NCBI GenBank assembly: GCA_964291215.2
Contig: OZ219791.1
Span: forward strand, 2,880,001 to 2,944,000
Length of the DNA stretch: 64,000 nt
Source: Alphaproteobacteria bacterium
GTDB taxonomy: Bacteria; Pseudomonadota; Alphaproteobacteria; MPNO01; UBA830
Direction of reading: 5' to 3'
Position 1 is the first letter of the stretch; each line of letters opens with the position of its first letter. Made by a program: the position numbers and the translations under genes. The notes under the pieces were generated by a model. It was not told the origin of the DNA. It worked only from the letters and a program-made list of their open reading frames with translations, and did no database searches. Shown here one piece after another: positions 41,547 to 51,853 of this stretch.

Positions 41547-42296
41547 ATGGCGGTTTCACTGGAGAACAGGCGGGCGATGGTTACGGGGGCCGGCGGCGGC
41601 ATGGGCCGTAGCCATGCGGTGCTGATGGCCGAACGCGGCGCCGATCTCGTCATTCACGATGTCAAGGAAGACGGCGCTCTTGAGACCGCGGAGATGGTGC
41701 GAAGTCACGGCCGGGATGCTCATGTCATCGCCTGCGACATCCGCGATGTCGCGGCCTTCACCGCCGCCATCGCCGCCGCGGGCCGGATCGATATCCTTGT
41801 CAACAATGCCGGCGTCGGCGGCGCGCGCCGCCGGGTCGAGGATGTGACCGTCGATATCTTCGACCAGATGTTCGAGGTTCATGTGCGGGGCACGTTCTTC
41901 GCCACCCGGGCTGTTCTTCCCGCCATGAAGGAGAGAAAGGACGGCAAGATCATCAACATCTCGTCGATCTACGCCATGGGCGGCAGTGATCTGGCAAGCC
42001 ACTACGCGGCGGCAAAGTCGGCGATTTCGGGCCTGACCAAATCCTGGGCGCGGGAGCTTGCGGAATGGAGAATAAAGGTGAACGCGGTGGCGCCGGGATT
42101 CATCGTGACCGGCATGACGCAGGCGTCCAATCCTCCCGAGAAGATCGCCGAGAGGGCGGCGGGCATGCCGCTCGGGAAGTTCTGCGAACCGATCGACATC
42201 TCCTATGCCGTGGCGTGGCTCGCGTGTTCCGAAACCGATCTGATTTCCGGCCAGGTTATCAGCCCCAACAGCGGGGAAGTCATCGTTGGCTACTAG
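41547..42296 (+). CDS. SDR oxidoreductase (FabG-like)
   Basis: TGAGGGMG, NNAG, NISS, YAAAK. Confidence 0.92.
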   Translation: MAVSLENRRAMVTGAGGGMGRSHAVLMAERGADLVIHDVKEDGALETAEMVRSHGRDAHVIACDIRDVAAFTAAIAAAGRIDILVNNAGVGGARRRVEDVTVDIFDQMFEVHVRGTFFATRAVLPAMKERKDGKIINISSIYAMGGSDLASHYAAAKSAISGLTKSWARELAEWRIKVNAVAPGFIVTGMTQASNPPEKIAERAAGMPLGKFCEPIDISYAVAWLACSETDLISGQVISPNSGEVIVGY

Positions 42297-42375
42297 CCTC
42301 GGCCGTTGCGGTCGCGAAACGGCATGACCGGCAAGATGGGCTGCATGGTGCGGCCGCACCGGCCGGCAGGATGCC

Positions 42376-44736
42376 ATGAACGCCGGTGACGTCTCGCTGG
42401 CGGATGCGCCGCTGCCCGAAATGATGGCGGCGGCGGCGGCGATGCGCGACGCCGGTTTCGGCGACCGCGTTACCTACAGCCGCAAGGTCTTCATCCCGCT
42501 CACGAAGCTGTGCCGCGACGTCTGCCACTACTGCACCTTCGCCAACGCGCCGAGGCGCGGCGAGCGCGCCTACCTTACTGCGGAAGAGGTTCTCGCCATC
42601 GCCCGGGTGGGTGCCCGGGCGGGCTGCACCGAGGCCCTGTTCACCCTCGGAGACAAACCCGAACTGCGCTACCGCATCGCGCGGGAGGAGTTGGAGGCCC
42701 TGGGCCACGGGACGACGATTTCCTATCTCGCCGCCATGGCCCGCCTCGTGATCGAGGAGACGGGCCTGCTGCCACACCTCAATCCCGGGGTCATGGCACG
42801 GTCCGATTTCGAGCTGCTGCGTCCGGTGTCGGTGTCCATGGGGCTGATGCTCGAAAGCACGGCTCCAGGCCTCGCGCTGCCCGGCGGGCCGCATCACGGG
42901 TCTCCCGACAAGGATCCCCACGCCCGCCTCGAGGCGATCCGGCTGGCCGGCGAGGCGCGGGTTCCGATGACAACGGGCATCCTGATCGGGATCGGAGAGA
43001 GCCGCGCCGAACGCGTCGCCTCGCTCGGGGAGATCCGTGCGCTCCACGATCGCTACGACCACATCCAGGAAATCATCATCCAGAATTTCCGCGCCAAGGC
43101 GGCGACGCGAATGGCGCACGCGCCCGAGCCGGATCTCGACGAATTGCTGTGGACGATCGCTGCCGCGCGCCTCCTTTTCGGGCCCGACATGCCGATCCAG
43201 GCGCCGCCCAACCTCAGCGGCGACGATTTTCCGGCGTTGCTCGATGCGGGAATAAACGACTGGGGCGGGGTCTCGCCGGTGACGCCGGATCATGTGAATC
43301 CGGAAGCTCCCTGGCCCCCGCTCGAGCGTCTGGCGCACGGCACCGAGAGCAGGAACAAGGTTCTCGTTGCGCGCCTGCCAGTCTATCCGCGTTACATGAG
43401 CGCTGACGGCTGGCTGGATCCTGCTGTCCGTGCTCCCGTGCTCCGGGCAATGGACGCCGAGGGCTTCGCACGCGAGGACGATTGGCATCCCGGGTCGCCG
43501 GTGGTCGCGCCGCGCCTGTCGCCAATGACGTCCGGCGACATGCATGTTGTCTCGAGGTCGATTGAGCGGGCCGTGCAAGGGCAACGCCTGTCGGAAGCCG
43601 AGGCTGCAGCCCTCCTGCAGGCGCGCGGTAGCGCGCTGGCGGCCGTTATCTCGGCGGCTGATGCACTTCGTCGCGAAGTTGCCGGCGACACGGTCTCCTA
43701 TGTCGTGAACCGCAATATCAATTATACGAATGTCTGCAGCTACCGTTGCGGCTTCTGCGCCTTCTCGAAGGGGCGGCTGAGCGCGAGCCTTCGCGGCACC
43801 CCCTATGATCTCGCACTGGAAGAGGTTGCCCGCCGCGCCCGCGAGGCCTGGGAGCGGGGGGCGACCGAAGTCTGCCTCCAGGGCGGCATCCATCCCGACT
43901 ATACGGGTGGAACCTACCTCGAGATCCTCGGCGCCGTGCGGAGCGCAGCTCCGGAAATCCATGTGCATGCGTTTTCGCCGCTGGAGGTGAGCCAGGGCGC
44001 GGCCACGCTCGGCATATCGGTGGCCGAGTTTCTGACGCGCCTGCGCGAAGCCGGGCTCGGTTCGTTGCCCGGGACCGCTGCCGAGATTCTCGATGACCGC
44101 GTGCGCCGGACGCTGTGCCCGGACAAGCTGTCTACTGGCGAGTGGCTGTCGGTGGTCGAGACCGCCCACGGGCTCGGCCTGCGGACGACCGCGACGATCA
44201 TGTTCGGACATCTCGAGACGCCGGCCGATCAGGCGCGCCATCTCCTGCGCGTGCGCGATCTGCAGGAGCGGAGCGGAGGATTGACGGAGCTCGTGCCGCT
44301 GCCGTTCGTTCACTTCGAGGCCCCGATCTATCTTCGCGGCCTTGCACGCAAGGGGCCGACGTTTCGCGAAACCGTCCTTGTTCACAGCGTTGCCCGGCTT
44401 GTTCTCAACCCGCTGATTGCCAATATCCAGGCGTCATGGGTAAAGCTCGGGCATGACGGTGCGGGGGCTTGCCTCGATGCGGGCGTGAACGACCTTGGCG
44501 GCACGCTGATGAATGAGTCGATTTCGCGCGCAGCCGGCGCCGTTCACGGACAAGAACTGTCGCCGGAGTCGATGGAAGCGTTGATCCGCAAGCGCGGCCG
44601 CGTGCCGCGGCAGCGCTCCACCCTCTATGGCGAGGTGAGGGATGAGCGCCGAGAGGTCGGGAGGCGCGCTGCCGAACTCGCGCCGCTGCACCAGACGCAG
44701 GCGACGAAGTACGCCCACGGCGAGGCGGTGGCATGA
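42376..44736 (+). CDS. fbiC: Bifunctional FO synthase CofGH
   Basis: Two radical-SAM motifs (CRDVCHYC, CSYRCGFC); TYSRKVFIPLT, GINDWGGVSP, NRNINYTN, LPGTAAEIL, DLGGTLMNESI. Confidence 0.95.
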   Translation: MNAGDVSLADAPLPEMMAAAAAMRDAGFGDRVTYSRKVFIPLTKLCRDVCHYCTFANAPRRGERAYLTAEEVLAIARVGARAGCTEALFTLGDKPELRYRIAREELEALGHGTTISYLAAMARLVIEETGLLPHLNPGVMARSDFELLRPVSVSMGLMLESTAPGLALPGGPHHGSPDKDPHARLEAIRLAGEARVPMTTGILIGIGESRAERVASLGEIRALHDRYDHIQEIIIQNFRAKAATRMAHAPEPDLDELLWTIAAARLLFGPDMPIQAPPNLSGDDFPALLDAGINDWGGVSPVTPDHVNPEAPWPPLERLAHGTESRNKVLVARLPVYPRYMSADGWLDPAVRAPVLRAMDAEGFAREDDWHPGSPVVAPRLSPMTSGDMHVVSRSIERAVQGQRLSEAEAAALLQARGSALAAVISAADALRREVAGDTVSYVVNRNINYTNVCSYRCGFCAFSKGRLSASLRGTPYDLALEEVARRAREAWERGATEVCLQGGIHPDYTGGTYLEILGAVRSAAPEIHVHAFSPLEVSQGAATLGISVAEFLTRLREAGLGSLPGTAAEILDDRVRRTLCPDKLSTGEWLSVVETAHGLGLRTTATIMFGHLETPADQARHLLRVRDLQERSGGLTELVPLPFVHFEAPIYLRGLARKGPTFRETVLVHSVARLVLNPLIANIQASWVKLGHDGAGACLDAGVNDLGGTLMNESISRAAGAVHGQELSPESMEALIRKRGRVPRQRSTLYGEVRDERREVGRRAAELAPLHQTQATKYAHGEAVA

Positions 44737-45398
44737 TGACCGAGCTTCCGGTTATCGCCGTCATCGGAGGCACCGGCGCGGAAGGATCGGGCCTTGCCGC
44801 CCGCTGGGTACGTGCCGGTTATCGGACGATCATCGGTTCGCGAGACTCGGCGAGGGCCGAGGAGTGCGCGCAAGTCATCGGTGCCGAGGGCATGGACAAC
44901 CTTGCCGCAGCCGCCGTGTGCGATATTGCGGTTCTGACGGTGCCGTTCGCCGCCCAGAAACCGACTCTCGAACATGTGCGCGATGCGCTGGCCGGCAAGA
45001 TACTGATTGACGTCACGGTGCCGCTGGTGGCGGGGCAAGTGATGCGGGTCGCCCTGCCGCCGGAGGGGTCAGCCGCACGCATTGCCCAGGACATACTCGG
45101 CGAATCGGTGCGGGTGGTCTCGGCGTTCCAGAACGTCTCGGCCGCTCAACTTGAGGATGGAGAAACGGCGATCGATTGCGACGTGCTGGTGGCCGGCGAC
45201 AGTCCCGACGCTCGACGCGAGGCCGTGAAGCTGGTGGAAGCAGCTCGAATGCGCGGCCTCGAGGCAGGGCCGCTCGACAACGCGGCGGCGGCGGAAGCGC
45301 TGACTTCGCTTCTGATCTGGATGAACAGGCGCTACGGATCCACCGGCACTGGGATCCGCATTACGGGGCTCCCGGGTGAAACGGGATCTCCGGGATAG
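44733..45398 (+). CDS. npdG: F420-dependent NADP oxidoreductase
   Basis: IGGTGAEGSGLA, IGSR, DVTVPL, GSAA, VSAFQNVSA, LTSLLI.MN; overlaps fbiC stop. Confidence 0.92.
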   Translation: MMTELPVIAVIGGTGAEGSGLAARWVRAGYRTIIGSRDSARAEECAQVIGAEGMDNLAAAAVCDIAVLTVPFAAQKPTLEHVRDALAGKILIDVTVPLVAGQVMRVALPPEGSAARIAQDILGESVRVVSAFQNVSAAQLEDGETAIDCDVLVAGDSPDARREAVKLVEAARMRGLEAGPLDNAAAAEALTSLLIWMNRRYGSTGTGIRITGLPGETGSPG

Positions 45399-45477
45399 CG
45401 AGTTGATAACTCACTCCGCGGTTCCTTGCGTTGCGAGAGAATTCATGCAGAATGCCGTGGACAGAAGGGGGTCTGCG

Positions 45478-45616
45478 GAAAATTTTCACCGTTCGGATAT
45501 ATAAATCTTGTACAAATAACGTCAATAAATTATTTGTTTTTAAAATTCCATCAATTTTCTCACTTTTTTCTCATGTTTTCAATTTCACCGGTATGTCAAC
45601 ACGATTTAAGTTTTGC
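45478..45616. promoter_or_regulatory. AT-rich island with a candidate minus-strand sigma70 promoter and an 8-bp inverted repeat
   Basis: Minus-strand TTGACG (45525-45520) followed by TATATA/TATATC at 16/18 nt; ACAAATAA-N10-TTATTTGT at 45512-45537. Confidence 0.35.
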
Positions 45617-45760
45617 CCCGGATGCGCCTCGATTTCCACGATCTGGATATGTTCGGGCTGGCGGCGGACGCGCTGCCAGCCAGTTTGCCTTTTCGACCAA
45701 GACGGCGGTGGCTGACGTCGGCGGATTTGCGGGAAGGTGAATCGGTCCGGAGGGCTGCGA

Positions 45761-46708
45761 TCAGTCATTCCACTTGCGGAATTCCCCGGCATAGTCGGCC
45801 AGCGCTGCCTCGAGCGTGTATTCGGGTTCCCAGCCAAGTTCGTTCCGGGCGCGCCCGATATCGAGAGGAGTCATGCGCGAATCCGGGGGTGTACCGGGCG
45901 TGATCTCGATCTCGAAGCCGGGGAGCGATGCCCTGACTGCTTCGACCAGGCGCTCGAACGTGATCGCCTCGCCATAGGAGATGTTGTAGATGGCGCGGGG
46001 CGGAAGATCCTTGCTGGTGGCTGCAAGGTCGAGTGCGCGTCCCATGTCGTTGGCGTAGACATATTCGAAGGCCATGGTCTGCTCTTCGGGAATCACTGCG
46101 GCCCGTCCACGCACGCCCGCCTCTATGAGGGCATGAACCTTCTCGCCGCCGCCGGATCCGCCCCAGAAATGCCCCATGCCGAAGACGTTTCCGGGCCTGA
46201 GCATCACGAGTTCGAAACCGCACTGGATCCGGTAGGCCTCGAGAATGAGTTCTTGGGCTGCCTTGGAGTTCGAATAGGCTGCGCCGCTCCCGAGGGGGAA
46301 GGTTTCGTCGATCGCCTCGACCTGCGAATCCTGTCGCCAGTCATAGGCGCCAAATGTCGACAAGTGGACGAGCCGCGCGATGCCGGTCAGGCGCACTGCC
46401 TCGGCAACCGCCATGACGCCGCCGATGTTGAGGTCGTAGCCGAAGTGGATGGGATCGGCGACTCGCTTGCCGATCAGCCCCGCGGTGTGGAGGAGGACAT
46501 CGGGCCGGTGCGCGTTGATCGCCGAGATCAATCCGGGCAGGCTTCGCACGTCGCCGTTGACGACTTCATAATCGGCATTGCCGAGGCGCCGCGATAGATA
46601 GTCTTCGCGGGGAAAGGGGTCTAGGAACACACATTTCTCGCCGCGCTTTGCCGCCTCTATGGCGTAGGACGTTCCGACAAGTCCGGCACCCGTAATCAGT
46701 GTGGTCAC
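45761..46708 (-). CDS. NAD-dependent epimerase/dehydratase
   Basis: ITGAGLVG, HTAG, LSTFGAY, YSNSK, RPGNVFG, LGWEP. Confidence 0.92.
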   Translation of the reverse strand: MTTLITGAGLVGTSYAIEAAKRGEKCVFLDPFPREDYLSRRLGNADYEVVNGDVRSLPGLISAINAHRPDVLLHTAGLIGKRVADPIHFGYDLNIGGVMAVAEAVRLTGIARLVHLSTFGAYDWRQDSQVEAIDETFPLGSGAAYSNSKAAQELILEAYRIQCGFELVMLRPGNVFGMGHFWGGSGGGEKVHALIEAGVRGRAAVIPEEQTMAFEYVYANDMGRALDLAATSKDLPPRAIYNISYGEAITFERLVEAVRASLPGFEIEITPGTPPDSRMTPLDIGRARNELGWEPEYTLEAALADYAGEFRKWND

Positions 46709-46905
46709 AGAACCCCCTGCATCTGTTCAATTCGGAGCCGCGCATCCGCCGCGACCGGGCCGGCACCATATGCGATTTGCGTGACCCCGACTATAGCATC
46801 CGGCCTTTCCGACGGACACTGCTTGCCGGCGCCCGGGCAGCGGGCGGCGCAGTGAGCGTACGATCATTCCGCAAGCCGCACGTGTTATCGGCGACATCCT
46901 TGCGG

Positions 46906-46940
46906 GTAAGCGTTCGGCCACGCGGTGATTGTTGGTGATT
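46906..46940 (+). mobile_element. Solo IS66-like terminal sequence
   Basis: GTAAGCGTTCGGCCACGCGGTGAT resembles the end at 27386 (GTAAGCGTTCGTTCGTGCGGTGAT). Confidence 0.5.
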
Positions 46941-46941
46941 T

Positions 46942-47790
46942 TCACGCCTTGAAGGCGGCCTCGAAGTCCCCGGCGAGATGGGCCTTGACCAGCGCGGTGC
47001 GGATCGCGCGCGGGTCGTCGGCGAGCCCGATGCCGACGCCGGCCTCCTTGCGCGCCTCGGATTCGGGGTCCTTCGGCGGCGCCATGGGCGTCGAGATGAA
47101 CGGGCCGGCGGTGTGAACGCCATGACCGGCGGCAGGATCGACAGGGGTTCCGGCATCCGGGCCGTTGCCGGCGGCGCCGGCCTCCGCCTGCATGTCCTCG
47201 GGCTTCACCAGGCCCTGGATGACCTGCATCGCGCCGTCCTGGCCGATGGTGACGATGCAGCCGGCCATCGCGAAGTCCTCGCGCCGGAACACCGCGCGCG
47301 CCTCGACGGCGGCCTCGATCCCGTCGAGCCGGGCCTCGACGGCCTCCGCTTCGGCGGCCAGTTCCCCGGTCCACTCGTCGTTATCGAGATTGACGAGTTC
47401 GTCGTGGCGGGTCGTCAGCTTGTCGATCTCGGCCCGTTCCGCGTCGGTCGGCGTGCCGGGGCTCGATGCGCCCGCAGGAGGCGGTGTCGCTCCAGTCGAC
47501 CTCGACCATGGCCCACTTCCAGCGCGTCGCCAACTCGTCGGCGGCAGACTGGAGCTTCTCCGCCGCGAGCTTCTCCAGCAGCACCGGGTCCTCGAACCAG
47601 ATGCCGTGCTCGTATTCGTCGGCGAACAGGTCGCGCATGACCTGACCGCCCGCGGCCTCGTAGGCCTCGACCCCGACGAAGCGGGCCACGGCCGAGGCGC
47701 CCGGCACGCGCTCTTCGGTCAGCAGGCGCTTCACCTGCCAGGCCGACGGGCGGCCGGCCTGTCCGGAGAGTTGTTCCCATACCGTCATCT
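46942..47790 (-). pseudogene. ICE/plasmid ParB-like protein, central fragment, frameshifted
   Basis: ARFVGVEAYEAAGG.VMRDLF, D..LLEKLA.EKL, W.W, AGCIVTIG.DG...GLVKPED. Confidence 0.8.
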
Positions 47791-47954
47791 GGCGCGCGCG
47801 GCCGGAAGTGGTCCGGCCGGCGCTGCTGCGGGCAGGGAGCGGCGGTCCGCCCCGCGTCACGGGGTCCGGATGCGCAGATGGCCAGCAGCGCCGGGGGCCG
47901 CCGGCAGACGAAGGCGCCGTGGAGGGTCGGGAAGCGGTGCGCCGCCGTCGGAGG

Positions 47955-48418
47955 TCAGGCGGCGATGCGCTCGCCCCAGGGCGCGGGTCGCCGCCACGGG
48001 CCGTCCCCGTGGTCGCACCACAGCACCGGGAACGGGGGCTCCGTCGACGGATAGCGGGAGCACTCCATGTCGGTGAAGTAGAGACACACGCCCGGCTGTA
48101 TCCCCTGTTCGTCGAGCCACTCGAAGCCCGGGCGGAAGTCCGTGCCGCCCCGGCCCCTGACGGCGATCTCTTCGGGGAGGTCGTCGGGCGCGTATTCCGC
48201 CGCGTCCTGCACCGCGGCGTCGACCTGGAGCACGACGACGCGCCCGGGCCGGATGTCTGCCGCCACCTCGCGCAGTTCGGCCCGGAACGCGGCCAGCGTC
48301 TCCGCCGGCAGCGAGCCCGAGGTGTCGATGATGACGGCGATGGTCTCCATGCCCTCGGAACGGATCGAGGGGAGATAGAGGCCGGAGTCGATGAAGCGCC
48401 GGTTGGGCAGGCTCCAGG
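47955..48418 (-). pseudogene. C-terminal vWA domain of a DUF2201-family gene (separated by IS66)
   Basis: LYLPS, VIIDTSGS MIDAS motif, GRGGTDFRP, YFTD, PWG. Confidence 0.85.
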
Positions 48419-48542
48419 GTAACTGCTCACCCCCTGGCTCCGGCTTGATGTCGGGGTAGAGTAACGAACGGGTTTTCGTGGAGATTTGACACTGCATGCC
48501 GATTCGCTTAGTGGTGGTCATCGAGAACGACGGGGACCGCCA

Positions 48543-48671
48543 GTGGGCTACTTTGGATCGAAGGCGACGAGCGGGCTGTGCCAGCTGCTTCCGGGGCTCC
48601 AGCCTCCGCATGATCTGTATGTGGAAACGCATCTCGGAGGCGGCGCGCCGATGAAGCGCAAGGCCGGGTGA
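48543..48671 (+). pseudogene. N-terminal fragment of a Dam-like adenine methyltransferase inside the IS66
   Basis: GYFGSKATSGLCQ..PPHDLYVETHLGGGA.MKRK resembles Dam-family motifs X and I. Confidence 0.6.
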
Positions 48672-50040
48672 TGGCGACGGTCAACGCGGCGTCGCTGCGC
48701 GAGGAGTTCGAAGCGGCCAAGACCCGGATCGCGGCGCTGCGTGCGGCCGGCAAGGTGGCGGAAGAGGTCGATGCCGTGATCCGCGTCTTCGTCATCCTGC
48801 TCGACATCCTCATCGTCGTCCTTCTGGAGAAGACCACGCACGAGCCGGAACTCCGGTCTGCCGCCGTCACAGACGGACAAGGACGAGAGCGTGCCGGGAG
48901 CAACGGCCCGAAGCCGAACCGGCAGATGGGCGACAACCTGCGCAAGACCATCGTCGAGGAGACGGTCGCGGCCTGCGACGCCTGCGGCGCCGACATCGAC
49001 GGCGTCGACCCCGTCGATCGGGAGCGCCGCGTCCTCGACGACATCGTGTTCGAGATCGTCGAGCGCCGCGCCGAGATCAAGGAATGTCCGAAGTGCAAGG
49101 CCCGGACCAAGGGCCGGTTCCCCGACAACATCCCGTGCAGTACGGCATCGGCATTCAGGCCCTTGTCATCAACCTGCTGGTCGCCCAGATGCTGTCCCTG
49201 CGCCGTGCCGTCGCGTTCGTGCAGGCGATCTCCGGCATCAAGCTCTCCGAGGCCTCGGCTATGCTTTCACGATGCGTCATGGGAGGAGGCCGCCGTGGCG
49301 CACCTCCTGCAACGCCCGATGTCGACGATTTCGGATCAACAGTAAGTGGCTCCATGTCGTGGGACCCTGACGTGCAAGTTCCCGCACCGCAAGCGCGGCC
49401 GGGAGGCAAGAGATCGGCATCATCCCGTGCTACAAGGGCGTCCTGGTCCACGACTGCTGGGCCTCGTACATGGGCTATGACCAGTGTAGCCACCAGCTGT
49501 GCGGCAGCTACCTGCTGCGCGAACTGACCTTTGTCGTCGAGGCTACCGCTGGGCGCGACTGATGAAGAGCCTGCTCCGCGAGGTCTGCCACAAGGTCAAC
49601 AAGAGCGCATCCAAAACCCTGAACGACGCCGGGCCGTGCGCAAGCGCTACCGCACCATCCTCACGCAGGGCGCCAGGGAACTGCCCGATATCCCGCCGCC
49701 GCCGAAAGGAAAACGTGGACGCATAGCAAAGTCCGACGCGCACAACCTGCACGAACGTCTCGTGAAACACGAAAACCTGCGCTTCACAGACGACCCCAAC
49801 GTCAGCTTCACCAACAATGCCGGAGAACAGAAGATCAGGATGGCAAAGGTCAAGCTCAAGGTGTCCGGATGCTTCCGCACCATGCTCCACGCAAAAGCAT
49901 GGTGCCGGAGCTCAAGCTACCTCACCTCCATGGCCGCACTCGGCTACAACCCACTCGTCGCCACCCAGATCGCCCTCGACGGAAAAGCCGCAGACATCAT
50001 CAACGAGTACTACGACCAATCAGAACCCAACAAGGGGTGA
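48671..50040 (+). pseudogene. IS66 transposase, frameshifted
   Basis: CDACG..CPKC zinc finger, QYGIGIQAL, GVLVHDCWASY, HQLC.S.LLREL, FTNNAGEQKIRMAKVK.KVSGCFR. Confidence 0.88.
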
Positions 50041-50048
50041 GTAGATAC

Positions 50049-50939
50049 GCTCCAGGAATAGTCGCTCTTCGCCGCGTCGGTCATGTGGCGGCGCAGCAGC
50101 GAGCGCCAGTCGAGCGCGCCCGCATGGGCGCCGCGGACGGTTTCCTCGACCGCGCCGGGCAATCTGCCTTCGGCCCTGGCGAGACCGAGCGCCTGGTGCA
50201 TGGCCTCGTCCCAGGCCTGTTCCTCCAGTGTCATGTCGCCCGGCAGAGGCGCGCCGTCCCCGGCGCCGCCCGCCGGCGCGTCCATGACCTCGCCGGTGCC
50301 CGATGGATCGCAGCTTGCGTCGCCGCCATTGTCATCGTTGCCGGAACCGCCGTCATCGTTCGAGGCGTCTGTCGAACCATCCGCCTTCCCGTCATCGCCG
50401 CTGCCGGATTGCCCACCGGCATCGCCCCGGTCGGACGGGCCGCTTCCGTCGGGCATGGAAGCGCCTGGCGAACCGGCGCCGGCATCTCCGTTGCCGGACA
50501 GTGGACTGCCGGCACCGCTTGACGGATCGTCGTCGGGCGCCGCCAGGCGGTCGTATGCTTCCTCGACGCTGATCCCGTCCCACGCTTCCGCGTCGGGCGG
50601 CAGGGTGAAGCCGGCATCGCGCAGCAGGCCGTGGGTGACGAGCTGGGATGCGCGCTGCCAGCGCTCCGGGTCGCGGTCGCCCCGGCGCGTGTGGTGCTTC
50701 AGCGCGCAGGCCAGCACCACCCGGGCGATCGCGGTCCCGATCAGGTGGGCGTCGGTCTCCGCGACCCATTGCGGCGAATAGCGGATCTCCCGCCCGTCGC
50801 TCGCCAGCGTCTCGCGGCCGGCGTCGGCGCGGACCGGCAGGCGGAGCGCCAGGCTGCCGAAGAAGGGCTGCTCCCGCAGCAGCGCCGTCACGCAGCGGCT
50901 CACCCGCTGCGCCGATTCCGGGCAAGGGCGGGCGGCCAT
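50049..50939 (-). pseudogene. N-terminal part of a DUF2201 metallopeptidase-like/vWA gene
   Basis: PFFGSLAL, TLASDG..I.Y.P.W, H..RR..RDP..W, acidic linker, LDWR..LR; removing the IS restores KSDYSWSLPNRRF. Confidence 0.85.
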
Positions 50940-51831
50940 CACGCGGCCTCCCGCGCCGGGGAGACCGCCGCCGCGAAATATCCCGCGAACCTCTCCACCA
51001 GCGCATCCGCGTCGCGCTTCACCCGCGCGCGGGCGACCGGATCGAAACTCTTCGACGGCCTGAGCGCGTCCGGCTCGACGCCGGCGATCTTCTCCTTTAC
51101 CTGCCCGCAGAGCCGGGCGAGTTCGTCGTCGCCGAAGATATTCAGCCGCGGCACGATGTCGACCAGGTCGCGGATGTTGCCGATCATCGAGTCCCGGAAC
51201 ACCAGCGGCTTGCCCTCTCCGTCCTCCCGCAGGCGTTCGGAGACCCGCTCCACGGCCTCGCCGAGGCGCCGGTAGAGGTCGCCCACCGCATCGTGCAGCC
51301 GCTCCTCCACCTGGCTCTCGATGTCGCGCTTCACCCGGTCGGTGTCGTCGGAGGCGAGCTTCGCCATGAAGTGGTCGGCACCGGGACGATCCGCCAGCGC
51401 AGGCCGAACCTGTCCCGGAGCGCCTCCTTCGAGGGATAGTCCCCGATGCGGAACAGCTTGCCGAGATCGAGCCGGGCCTTTTCGATATTGTCGTCATAGT
51501 CCTCGATGAAGCGGGCGCGCTCGCGCACCATGCGCTCGCGCAAGCCGTCCATCAGCCCGGTGTAGCGCTCGTGGTTGGCGACGGGGAGCAGCCGGCTCCC
51601 CCGGTCGTCCCAGGGCAGGGTCTGGGCGTCGTGGGCCGCGCGCGCCGCGCTGACGGTGGCATTGAGGGCGGCGAAGGCGGTTCGGGGCAGCAGGCACTTG
51701 TTGTAGCGCCCGGCGCTGACGCTCGCCTCGTAGTGGACGGCGACATGGGTGCTGGCCTGGCGGTCATGGAGCCGGCCCGACCAGGCAGCGATGCGCAGGC
51801 TGACCAGCATGGCGTCGTGGCTGAGATTCAT
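50939..51831 (-). pseudogene. DUF3150-like protein, frameshifted near 51375
   Basis: MLVSLRI..WSGR..D, K.LLP, TLPW.D.G.RLLP, LG.LF...DYP, LNI.GD..L; stop overlaps the next start. Confidence 0.7.
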
Positions 51832-51853
51832 GGGTGTTCTCCTGAAGGGGCGG

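Larger units (their letters stand above)
48419..50048 (+). mobile_element. IS66-family element, 1630 bp, decayed transposase, intact ends
   Basis: TIRs GTAACTGCTCACCCC and GGGGTGAGTAGATAC (13/15 match); 8-bp TSD GCTCCAGG at 48411-48418 and 50049-50056. Confidence 0.93.

Noticed and set aside
42280-44385. Long antisense ORFs (also 59191-61425, 29845-31719 and others)
   Set aside because: Typical high-GC shadow frames opposite well-supported genes
45478-45616. Replication origin or CRISPR leader
   Set aside because: No DnaA boxes, iterons, rep gene or adjacent repeat array seen
47381-48430. 349-aa ORF fusing the vWA region to ParB
   Set aside because: The first part is out of frame with the vWA gene; chance read-through into the ParB fragment
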